Shown: in pieces, positions 56,286 through 64,000 of the stretch
Layout of the letters: every line of letters starts with the position of its first letter
Position numbering within the stretch: the stretch's first letter is position 1
Assembly: GCA_965248695.1 (NCBI GenBank)
Contig: CBDFKD010000002.1
Span: 1,120,001-1,184,000, forward strand
DNA from: Acidobacteriota bacterium
Lineage (GTDB): Bacteria; Acidobacteriota; UBA890; WLXD01
Direction: 5' to 3'
DNA: 64,000 nt
Translations under genes and position numbers: made by a program
The notes under the pieces: generated by a model
Database searches by the model: none
Told to the model about the DNA's origin: nothing
Seen by the model: the letters and a program-made list of their open reading frames with translations, nothing else

Positions 56286-56767
56286 GTGAAGTCCTACAAC
56301 CAGCCGCGACGCGACCAGCGATAGCAGGTGATCGTCGCTGCGCGCGAGCTAGAGATGATGGTCGTGCCGGAGGGCGGCTCGCTGTACCAGCACAACATGA
56401 GCATGATCGTTGATGGCCACACCTGCATCGCGGCGGCCGCGTACAGCCGAGCGCTCACGGTTAGCTCCAGGGTCTCGCGCCGCACTGGGAAATCTGGATG
56501 TTCGAGCAGGGCGGCATGACCCCGCACCAGGCTCTCCGCAGCGCCACGCTATCGGGTGCCGAGTACCTCGGCCTCCATGCCGACATCGGCTCCGTCGAGG
56601 TCGGCAAGCTCGCCGATCTCGTCGTCCTCGACGGCAACCCGCTGGAGAACCTGCGTTTGTCGGAGTCGACTCGCATGGTGATGGTCAACGGCCGATTGTT
56701 CGACGCCGTAACGCACCAGATCGGCAATCATCCGCGCGAGCGGCAGGCGCTCTACTGGGAGGAGTAG
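56286..56767 (+). pseudogene. Degraded C-terminal remnant of an amidohydrolase
   Basis: VKSYNQPRRDQR*QVI...EGGS...DGHT, then an apparent deletion and frameshift, AHG*LQGLAPHWEIWMFEQGGMTP...GSVEVGKLADLVVL; TAG at 56322 and 56462; no N-terminus. Confidence 0.8.
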
Positions 56768-56794
56768 CGTTCGCTCCGAGAGGAGAATTGCGGC

Positions 56795-57196
56795 TCAGGT
56801 GAGGTAGTCAGACAGCAGGGTGGCGGTGTCAGGAAACGCTTGCGCCAGCTTTCGGTCGAGGGTGACAAGCGGCGCGGCGAGACCTCTGGCGACGGCAACG
56901 AACTCACAGTCATAGGCGCTGCATCCGGAATCCAGAGCAAGCGCCAGGACTTCATCGTCCGGGACCGCGTACTCGTGGCGCCCTACCAGCAGGGCTGCTT
57001 TCCGTGCAACGGCAAGCGCGTACGCTAGCGTCATCGCTTCGACGCGGAGCATTTTCAGCAGTGCGTTGCGTAACTCGCTACGCCATAGCAAAGGAGCTGC
57101 CCACTCGGCGTCCACTTGCAGCGCGGCTTCGGCGTCCTCGGAACGCTCGACCGGTACGAGGAGCGCCATGATGATGTTGGTGTCGACAACGATCAC
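56795..57196 (-). CDS. PIN-domain (VapC/FitB-like) toxin
   Basis: IVVDTN, SELRNAL, SAYDCEFVAVA, LVTLD; GTGA overlap with the antitoxin stop. Confidence 0.9.
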   Translation of the reverse strand: MIVVDTNIIMALLVPVERSEDAEAALQVDAEWAAPLLWRSELRNALLKMLRVEAMTLAYALAVARKAALLVGRHEYAVPDDEVLALALDSGCSAYDCEFVAVARGLAAPLVTLDRKLAQAFPDTATLLSDYLT

Positions 57197-57432
57197 CGGC
57201 GACCTTCCTCGATCGCCGTCAGGATTTCCTCCACGGTGACGGTGCGCAAGCACTGGCTGCGCAACTCGCGGGCTTGGTCAATGATCGCCTGGACGTCGAT
57301 ATCGTCTGGCTCGGTCGCCTGCCGGAGGATCTCGATTACCTGTCGGTTGAGGCTCCGATTCTCGCGCGCCGCCACCGCCCGCAGGCGGTACAGGAGCGGC
57401 TCCGGGATGTTCTTCAAGGTCAGGCTGGCCAT
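57193..57432 (-). CDS. FitA/Arc-like ribbon-helix-helix antitoxin
   Basis: MASLTLKNIPEPLLYRLRAVAARENRSLNRQVIEIL. Confidence 0.9.
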   Translation of the reverse strand: MASLTLKNIPEPLLYRLRAVAARENRSLNRQVIEILRQATEPDDIDVQAIIDQARELRSQCLRTVTVEEILTAIEEGRR

Positions 57433-57474
57433 GGCGTCGACCCGCATGCTCCGGGGAGACGGACACGCCGACGA

Positions 57475-57500
57475 TGATTCCCCGGCGCGCCGGGGAATCA
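57475..57500. repeat. Perfect 26-bp palindrome TGATTCCCCGGCGCGCCGGGGAATCA upstream of the antitoxin
   Basis: Self-complementary with no spacer; directly follows a minus-strand TGGTATAGT extended -10 candidate (57501-57509). Confidence 0.85.
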
Positions 57501-57641
57501 ACTATACCAAGCGGTGGACCCGTTATGGAACCGGTTTGGTTTCAACGCGAAAGGCTGACCAGCGAAGCAGGACATGGTGTCCACTGTGTCGGGCGCACTC
57601 TCTATCTCGAGGCTCCCCGAGTTGGCGGCCGATGGACATGT

Positions 57642-59507
57642 TCACACCGACGATCGGTCGGCGGCGAGGAACTGTGACCTGTAGAGGCTGGCGTACAGTC
57701 CATCGCTCTCCAGCAGCTGGGCGTGCGGACCGATCTCGACGATGCGCCCATCGTCCATCACGACGATGACATCGGCGCGCACTACCGTCGACAGTCGGTG
57801 CGCGATCACGATCGACGTGCGACCTTGGAGCAGAGTTCCGAGCGCCTCCTGAATGAGCGCTTCGGTCTGCGAATCGAGCGACGAGGTGGCTTCGTCCAGG
57901 ATCAGGATCTCGGGGTCCCGCAGGATCTCGCGGGCGATTGCGAGGCGTTGACGCTGCCCGCCCGAGAGCTTCACACCGCGCTCGCCAATGAGCGTATCGA
58001 AGCCCTCCGGCATGCGTTCGATGAACTCGAGAGCGTTGGCGGCGAGCGTCGCCTGACGAATCTCCTCTTCGGCGGCCCCCTTGCTGCCGTACGCGATGTT
58101 TTCGCGCACGCTGCGATCGAACAGGAAGATCTCCTGCGGCACCAATCCGACGTGGCGCCGATACCAGTGCAGATCGAGCTCGCGCAGGTCGTGACCGTCG
58201 ACGCAAACTCGACCCTGGGTGGGATCGTAGAAGCGCGGTACGAGGTTGGCGAGCGTCGTCTTGCCGGCGCCGGACCGACCGACCAGCGCCACCATCGAAC
58301 GCGGCTCGACCACCAGATCGAGTCGGCGCAGGACCGGCCGGTCAGCGATGTACTCGAACTCGATCTGGTCGAATCGGATCGCTCCTTCGACCCGGTTCAG
58401 CCGGCGGCCGTCAGCAGGCGAGACGATTTCCGGCGCCGTATCGAGAATCTCGTAGATACGCTCGAGCGAGGCCAGCGACCGCTGCAGCCGCGGGTTCAGG
58501 CCGGTAAGCCGGCCGACGGCGCCGAACATCTGCATCAGGTACATGAAGAACGCGAACAGCCCGCCGACGGTGAAATCGCTGGTGACGATCAGGTAGACGC
58601 CGCCGAGCACGATGATCGTCGGGGCGACTCCGCCGACCAGACTGAAGAAGTTGTTGGTCCACAACGCGAACATGTCGCGGCGTACCTGCGCCCGGACGCT
58701 GGCGTGAAGAACGTCCACGAAGCGCAGCGATTCACGTCGCTCCGAGGCTGTCGCCTGCACCAGCTGATGACCCGACAACGACTGGTGCAGCGCCTGGCTG
58801 AACGTCGTCCATTTCTCGCGCGCGGTCTTCGAAAGCAACCGCAACCGCGGCGAGATCAGGAACTGGAATCCGAAGATCACCACCGCCAGCAGCAGCCCGC
58901 CGCTCGCCATGCGCCACTCGATGAAGAAGATCATCACGACGTAGCCGAGACCACGGATGACGTCGACCGCGGCGCGCGCGAACGTGTCGGCCATGACGCC
59001 GTCGAGGCTGTCGACATCGTCCACCTGGCGCGACATCAACCAGCCGGTCTCCTTGTCGTTGTAGTAACGCAGCGACAGGCCCTGCATGTGGAGATAGAGG
59101 CTCAGACGCAGGTCGCGCAAGACCTTGTTGTGGAACAGCGCCGCGGCGTAGCCGATGCCGAGGCCGAAGAGGACGCTCAGCACGGTCATGGCGATCAACA
59201 CCAGGCCCCAGTACAGAACCTCGTCGGGGCTCGACCGCTCGACCGCATCGTCCACCACCCGGCGAACGATGAGCGGCGACACCAGCGCCAGCGGCGTGCT
59301 CAGAAGCAACAGGACGAAGATCGTCCAGGCATAGGTGCGGTGCGGGCGCGCCCAGGGCCAGAAGCGCACCACCAGCGGCCAGGCACGAGACTTGGTCTCG
59401 GCTGCGAGCTGCTCAGTTGCCTCGCCCGCGGGTTGGCCCGCTATCTCGCTCGCGGGCGGTGCTGTCGCCTCGTCCTCCGATCGCCCGGTTGCCCCCGCGT
59501 CGCTCAT
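57642..59507 (-). CDS. ABC exporter, fused permease/ATP-binding protein
   Basis: TM domain, Walker A GRSGAGKT, LSGGQRQR, ILDEATSSLD, IAHRLST. Confidence 0.93.
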   Translation of the reverse strand: MSDAGATGRSEDEATAPPASEIAGQPAGEATEQLAAETKSRAWPLVVRFWPWARPHRTYAWTIFVLLLLSTPLALVSPLIVRRVVDDAVERSSPDEVLYWGLVLIAMTVLSVLFGLGIGYAAALFHNKVLRDLRLSLYLHMQGLSLRYYNDKETGWLMSRQVDDVDSLDGVMADTFARAAVDVIRGLGYVVMIFFIEWRMASGGLLLAVVIFGFQFLISPRLRLLSKTAREKWTTFSQALHQSLSGHQLVQATASERRESLRFVDVLHASVRAQVRRDMFALWTNNFFSLVGGVAPTIIVLGGVYLIVTSDFTVGGLFAFFMYLMQMFGAVGRLTGLNPRLQRSLASLERIYEILDTAPEIVSPADGRRLNRVEGAIRFDQIEFEYIADRPVLRRLDLVVEPRSMVALVGRSGAGKTTLANLVPRFYDPTQGRVCVDGHDLRELDLHWYRRHVGLVPQEIFLFDRSVRENIAYGSKGAAEEEIRQATLAANALEFIERMPEGFDTLIGERGVKLSGGQRQRLAIAREILRDPEILILDEATSSLDSQTEALIQEALGTLLQGRTSIVIAHRLSTVVRADVIVVMDDGRIVEIGPHAQLLESDGLYASLYRSQFLAADRSSV

Positions 59508-59665
59508 GCGGCGACGATAACAGCGCGCTGCGGCCACCGTGATCGGGATCGTTCTGCCGGCGCCGGGGCAGCCTGGTCCCTTATGCTGTACGGGTGTCAC
59601 GCGAGTCGGCGTAGTCTCCTAGGACCAGCGCGGTGCCTTTCCCCAACCGGAGTATTGCAGCTGTG

Positions 59666-60646
59666 ATGAGTCCCGGATCGAAATCGAGCCTCAGCGCCGC
59701 GAGGGCGATCTCGATGGTAACCGTTGCCGCTATCTCGGTGCCGCTTGCCTGGGCGTCGGCCGCCCAATCGCAGGACACGCGCGAGCACCTGGCGCGTGCG
59801 TCGCTGATGGCGCAGGAGAACCGCCTGCCAGAGGCGCTCGAGGAGCTCGATGCGGCGATCGAGGCAGAGCCGGACCTGTGGGAAGCGCACTATCAGCGTG
59901 GACGTACGTTGGGGCTGATGGGTCAGCTCGACGAGGCGGTGAGCGCCCTACTTCGCGCCGCGGCACTGAATCCGGGCGCGGCACACGTCCACCAGCTCGC
60001 CGCCGTGGCCGCCCGCGGCGCCGGCGACAATCAGACGGCCTGGGATCAGCTCATCCTCGCCTATCTCGCGGGCGGCGATGTCACCGCTCAGATTCAACGC
60101 ATGGCCTCGTCGGGTCCGCCGCCGGACGATTTCTAGGAGCGTGTCACAGCGCCACGCGTTTACGTTCCGGAGCTGGATCTGACAGAGATCGAGAGCCGCG
60201 CCGAGGGCCCGTTCGATCGCAATATCATGGCGCGCGGTAACACGCCGGCCGCCGACGGCGCACCGGCGCAGGGGAATCGCAGTGGGACCCCGGCGGACGT
60301 CCTCGGCCGCGAGCTGGTAATCGAGACGCAGGCCGACCTACTGGCGGTGGAAACGCAGTTTCGCGGCTCGATCGCCGAGTCGCGCACGTACGGTCTGGTC
60401 GTTGATCCCGAGATCGCCGAGTACGAGCTCCGCATCGCGGTGGACCAGCTGGCGGAGCGTCCACCACGCGCGATGTCGGGGTATCTCGAGCTCGTTGCTC
60501 TGGCCAGCGGAGTGGTGGGCTACCGGCGCAACATAGACCTGGCCGACATCAGCGCCGGCGGCGTGCTGCGCGGTGAGGTCGAGCTCATAGTCGACGAGCT
60601 CGAGGCGTGGATGCGGAAGCTGCGGGAGTCGGAGGATCAACGCTAG
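59666..60646 (+). pseudogene. Exported TPR protein interrupted by an in-frame TAG (60134-60136)
   Basis: ORFs 59633..60136 and 60227..60646 share a frame; PPDDF*ERVTAPRVYV parallels EPADLARRLAAPRVVV in the TPR gene at 37447. Confidence 0.72.
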
Positions 60647-60675
60647 CAGGCCACACTTCCACCACGGCCTGCTAG
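60643..60675. terminator. Inverted repeat between convergent genes (possible terminator)
   Basis: CTAGCAGGCC-N13-GGCCTGCTAG; no U-tract. Confidence 0.35.
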
Positions 60676-60730
60676 GGTCGCGACTCTGGTGAGACCGACC
60701 GCTACCCAAGCCGAAATCGGCGTCCTGACA

Positions 60731-61579
60731 CTAGCGAAAGCGCAGGCTGATCCCGACCATCGCCGTCCAGTCCGTGGCGTTGTCGGTGACCCCACGGATC
60801 GCCGACAGATCGAGCTGCAGGTCGGGGCTCACCACCCAGCTGACTCCGCCGTCAACCAGCACGACCGACTCACCGTGACTGGTGTCGGGAGTGGTGGTCG
60901 CCACCTCGACGAAGGCACCCCGATTGTCGGTCAGCGCGAAGCCCAGGACGGCGGCGAAGAAACCCTGCGCAAAGCGATCCTCGCTGGCCTCGTCGAAGGC
61001 CGAGACGACGCCGGCGTTGAGCGCCACGCTCGCCGAGCCGCTCACCGGCAGGTCGGCCGAGATCAGAGCTGCCGGTTGGAGCTCCCCCGGACGAAGCGCC
61101 GGGCTGCCGATTGGCAGGGCAGTCGATATCAGCACCGCAATCGTCGGCCCCTCGCTCTCGGTGAGCTGCCACTTGGCCTCGACGGTCGGAGCGGCGATGC
61201 CCTCCGTGCTCGATCTGGGTATGCCGGCGCCGCTCTCTCGGGCGATCACCAGTCCGCTGGTCTTGAGACGCATCTCGACCCGATCCGCGACCCCGTAGCG
61301 CATCACGAGCGGCGTGCCGAGGCCGCTCGATCGACGGTCGCCCTGACGCGACCAATCAAACGCAGCGCCGGTCTCTATCTGGAAGACACCTGTGCCGACG
61401 ACGTAGGGCCCACACCAAAACCCTGGACGGTCGGTGCCGATCACTTCGACAGGCTCGACCGTCGGCTCGCCGTCCGGGCTACTGACCACCTGCGCGGCAA
61501 CGGTGTTGGGGAATGCCACGGCGGCAACTGATACGAGCGCGGCTGCACGGGCGAACGCCCACGAAGGAGTCACGAGCAT
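60731..61579 (-). CDS. Outer-membrane beta-barrel 'transporter' family protein
   Basis: Signal peptide, IGTDRPG, G.FQIETG, MRYGV, DLQLDL, GISLRF. Confidence 0.75.
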   Translation of the reverse strand: MLVTPSWAFARAAALVSVAAVAFPNTVAAQVVSSPDGEPTVEPVEVIGTDRPGFWCGPYVVGTGVFQIETGAAFDWSRQGDRRSSGLGTPLVMRYGVADRVEMRLKTSGLVIARESGAGIPRSSTEGIAAPTVEAKWQLTESEGPTIAVLISTALPIGSPALRPGELQPAALISADLPVSGSASVALNAGVVSAFDEASEDRFAQGFFAAVLGFALTDNRGAFVEVATTTPDTSHGESVVLVDGGVSWVVSPDLQLDLSAIRGVTDNATDWTAMVGISLRFR

Positions 61580-61666
61580 GGCGGCAACGATAGCGGGCGA
61601 TTCACCCACGGGCGAGACGATGGGCATGGAACTTGGCGACCCTCTCTGGAGGACTGCTCGGGGCGG

Positions 61667-63163
61667 TCAGAGATCCATCAACGCTTCGACGTCCGGGTCG
61701 AGCCTCGGCGCCGGCGACGCGAGCGAGATACCGAAGAACAGCAGCAGGGAAACCAGCAACGCCAGCGTGCCGCCGTGGATGTTGTGCGGCAGCGAGATGT
61801 TGAACAGCTCCACCGAGAAGTTGATCACCAGGCTCGTGGCGACGGCGACGTTGGCGGCCAGGGCGGTGGCGCGTTTCCAGTTGAACCCTACGGCCACCAC
61901 GGGCACCAGCGCCGCCCCGAACGTCCCCCAGCCGAAGGCGCCCAGGAGCGCTACCAGGCGCGCATTCTGGTAGTGCGAGTACAGCGCGAAGGCGGCGGCC
62001 ACCACGCCGATAATCACCGTCGCCGTCCGCGCCCAGAACAGCTCGTGCTGCAGCGATCGGCCGCGTAGCGCGACCGGGATGTCGTGCACGATGGCGGCGG
62101 CGCCGATGTTGAAGAATCCGTCTGCGGTCGACATGATGGCGGCGAACAACCCGGCGATGACGACACCGGCGAGCAGTGGGTGAGCGTAGGTCTGCAGGAA
62201 TTCGGGTGCAGCGGCGTCGGCGGTGGCGAGCTCCGGATGGGCTCCCTGCAGCACCAGGGCCCGCATCACCAGACCGATGCCGATCCACAACAGCGACGCC
62301 ACCATGTAGCCGAACACCGTGAGCGCCGGCACCCACCGGTAGTCGCGCAGCCGCTGGATCATCATGCTCTTGGTCAGCAGGTGCGGCTGGCCGGCGACGC
62401 CGACCACGAACATGAACATCCACGACATACAGCCGATGATCCCCAGCGTTCCCCATGGGCCGGCCGCTTCCCGGTCGTCGAGAGCGATCGTCTGCATGAC
62501 CTCGGTCGGCCCTCCGGGCAGCGCCACCCAGGCGGCGATGAATACCAGCACCGCGGCCACGATCATCACCGATCCCTGGAAGACGTCGGTGTAGACCGAG
62601 GCCAGGATTCCGCCGGTAACGCAATAGAACAGCAACACCGACAGCGACACGACGGCGCAGGTCACGAGGCTGACGTCAGCGAACGTCGCTGTGCCCTGGA
62701 GAATGCTCTGCAACACGGTGGCCATCGCCAGGATCTGCGTCGCCAGGTATCCCATCACACCGAGCAGGATCGCCAGCGCGGTGAGCAAACGGGTGGTTTC
62801 GTTGCCATAGCGAGCGGCGACGGCGTCGGGCAGCGACACCGTGTCGAAGAACCCGGCAAACATGCGCAGGCGCTTGGCGATCAGGAAGTCGTTGACTCCC
62901 CAGCCGGCGGCGGCCGTGAGCACGATCCAGATCGAGGCGATTCCCATCGAGTACACCAACCCAGGGCCGCCGACAAACCCGAACCCGCTCATCGTGCTGG
63001 AGAAGATCGCCAGACCGGTGACCACGATGCCGATGTCGCGCCCGGCCATGAAGAAGTCGCGTGTGGAGCGTGTGCGGCGCATCGCCCATAGGCCGACTCC
63101 GATGCAGGCGACCATGTAGGCGACCACGAACCCGAGCACGATCTCGGTACGCAGCGCCTCCAT
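61667..63163 (-). CDS. Sodium:solute symporter (SSS family)
   Basis: DFFMAGR, SGFGFVGGPG, YTDVFQG, GQPH, AAIMSTAD. Confidence 0.92.
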   Translation of the reverse strand: MEALRTEIVLGFVVAYMVACIGVGLWAMRRTRSTRDFFMAGRDIGIVVTGLAIFSSTMSGFGFVGGPGLVYSMGIASIWIVLTAAAGWGVNDFLIAKRLRMFAGFFDTVSLPDAVAARYGNETTRLLTALAILLGVMGYLATQILAMATVLQSILQGTATFADVSLVTCAVVSLSVLLFYCVTGGILASVYTDVFQGSVMIVAAVLVFIAAWVALPGGPTEVMQTIALDDREAAGPWGTLGIIGCMSWMFMFVVGVAGQPHLLTKSMMIQRLRDYRWVPALTVFGYMVASLLWIGIGLVMRALVLQGAHPELATADAAAPEFLQTYAHPLLAGVVIAGLFAAIMSTADGFFNIGAAAIVHDIPVALRGRSLQHELFWARTATVIIGVVAAAFALYSHYQNARLVALLGAFGWGTFGAALVPVVAVGFNWKRATALAANVAVATSLVINFSVELFNISLPHNIHGGTLALLVSLLLFFGISLASPAPRLDPDVEALMDL

Positions 63164-63705
63164 CAGCGGCGCGCCTCTACGCGTCGCGCGGATCTGCCGC
63201 GCTCGGCCAGGAGACGCTCGAAGGCTGCTTCATCCTCCGGCGTGTAGACCCAGCGATCGAAGCCGATCACGAAGGCGACCGTGAGGATCGTCGACAGCGG
63301 CCAGAAGCCCAGCATCACGAGCGCGGTCGAGATGTGCATCCCGAGCACGAGCACCGCCTGGGAGCCGGCCGCGTAGCTGCTGTAGGTAACGACGATCGCC
63401 GTCCACAGCAGGAGCAGAAAGGCTGTGCACCCGAGAAGCGTCGGCGCGAACCCTCGCAGCGAGCCGTTCTTGCGCACCCCGAGCGCCATGAGACCGGCGA
63501 AGATCAGCAGCTGGATCGCTCCGAACGCCCAGCCGAGTGTGAGGGTGTAGGCGTGTCGCGCGGCGCCGTCGCCGCCCGAGAACATCGCGCCGATGCGGGA
63601 GTGCGGAACGTGGCCGGCAATCTCGGAGCCCGGGGCGACGAGGATGCCGACCACTATCAGCGCCAGCACCAGCAGAAGCGCGAAGATCAGCTTGGCCGGG
63701 TTCAC
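63163..63705 (-). CDS. Small membrane protein upstream of the symporter
   Basis: About four hydrophobic segments; stop overlaps the symporter ATG. Confidence 0.7.
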   Translation of the reverse strand: MNPAKLIFALLLVLALIVVGILVAPGSEIAGHVPHSRIGAMFSGGDGAARHAYTLTLGWAFGAIQLLIFAGLMALGVRKNGSLRGFAPTLLGCTAFLLLLWTAIVVTYSSYAAGSQAVLVLGMHISTALVMLGFWPLSTILTVAFVIGFDRWVYTPEDEAAFERLLAERGRSARRVEARR

Positions 63706-63814
63706 GTGTCGATGACCGTTTCGCCTCGAGAGTTGGCGCTAAGCTAGGCTGTTGAGTCGCGTGAGCGGCTACGGAGCATCACGGTTCGCCGAAGGACCGT
63801 CAACGGAGACGAAG

Positions 63815-64000
63815 GTGCCGACTCTACTCGATCTGGAGAACAAGCGGGTCGTGATCACCGCCGGCGCTGCCGGCATCGGTAGGACGGTCGCCGAGCGCTT
63901 CCTCGAGGCCGGGGCGCGGGTTCACATTTGCGATACCGATCAGGTTTCCCTGCAGGAAGCAGCTGCAACGCTCCCCGGTCTCGGCACCACGGTGGCCGAC
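63815..64000 (+). CDS. SDR family oxidoreductase, 5' part (runs off window)
   Basis: GTG start, RVVITAGAAGIG Rossmann motif, GARVHICD; not in the ORF track. Confidence 0.85.
   Translation, partial: MPTLLDLENKRVVITAGAAGIGRTVAERFLEAGARVHICDTDQVSLQEAAATLPGLGTTVAD

Noticed and set aside
57723-59666. Long antisense and alternative-frame ORFs (e.g. 57723..59666 +, 18578..20545 +, 9388..11103 -, 89..1273 +)
   Set aside because: Shadow ORFs typical of high-GC DNA; they overlap well-supported genes and have no recognisable motifs.
56322-60136. Three in-frame TAG codons as evidence of TAG recoding or pyrrolysine
   Set aside because: TAG is the true stop of many genes (1127, 5805, 7963, 28427), and two of the three lie in a relic that also has a deletion and frameshift.

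Overview
GC-rich bacterial chromosomal window with about 52 CDS and two tRNA genes (Ser-CGA, Arg-ACG). No integrase, transposase, CRISPR array or rRNA was seen. A PadR + ADOP-type duplicated permease pair, DUF1800/DUF1501 pairs and several S9 peptidases and amidohydrolases suggest Acidobacteriota or a similar lineage (inference). The main finding is a metal-responsive locus at 5.8-14.7 kb. A MerR-family regulator faces a mer-like promoter (TTGACT, 20-bp spacer with a GTAC-N4-GTAC dyad, TAGTCT) that would drive three genes: an outer-membrane barrel, a hidden gene at 7400-7963, and an NHL-repeat protein. The ORF track splits the hidden gene. It is an HMA-domain protein with a Tat-like leader whose GMxCxxC motif reads GMY-TGA-GL-TGA-A, followed by SECIS-like hairpins, so it is a candidate double-selenocysteine (UxxU) metal-binding protein. 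A copper module follows (BNR protein, small His/Met/Cys ORF, two-domain multicopper oxidase, TolC). Other items: tandem DUF1800-DUF1501 duplication with one frameshift, tRNA-Arg(ACG) directly upstream of tadA, an octaheme cytochrome-TPR protein, tandem TPR paralogs, a FitAB/VapBC-type toxin-antitoxin pair and several disrupted genes. Family calls come from motif recognition by eye, not database searches, and many start codons are best estimates.
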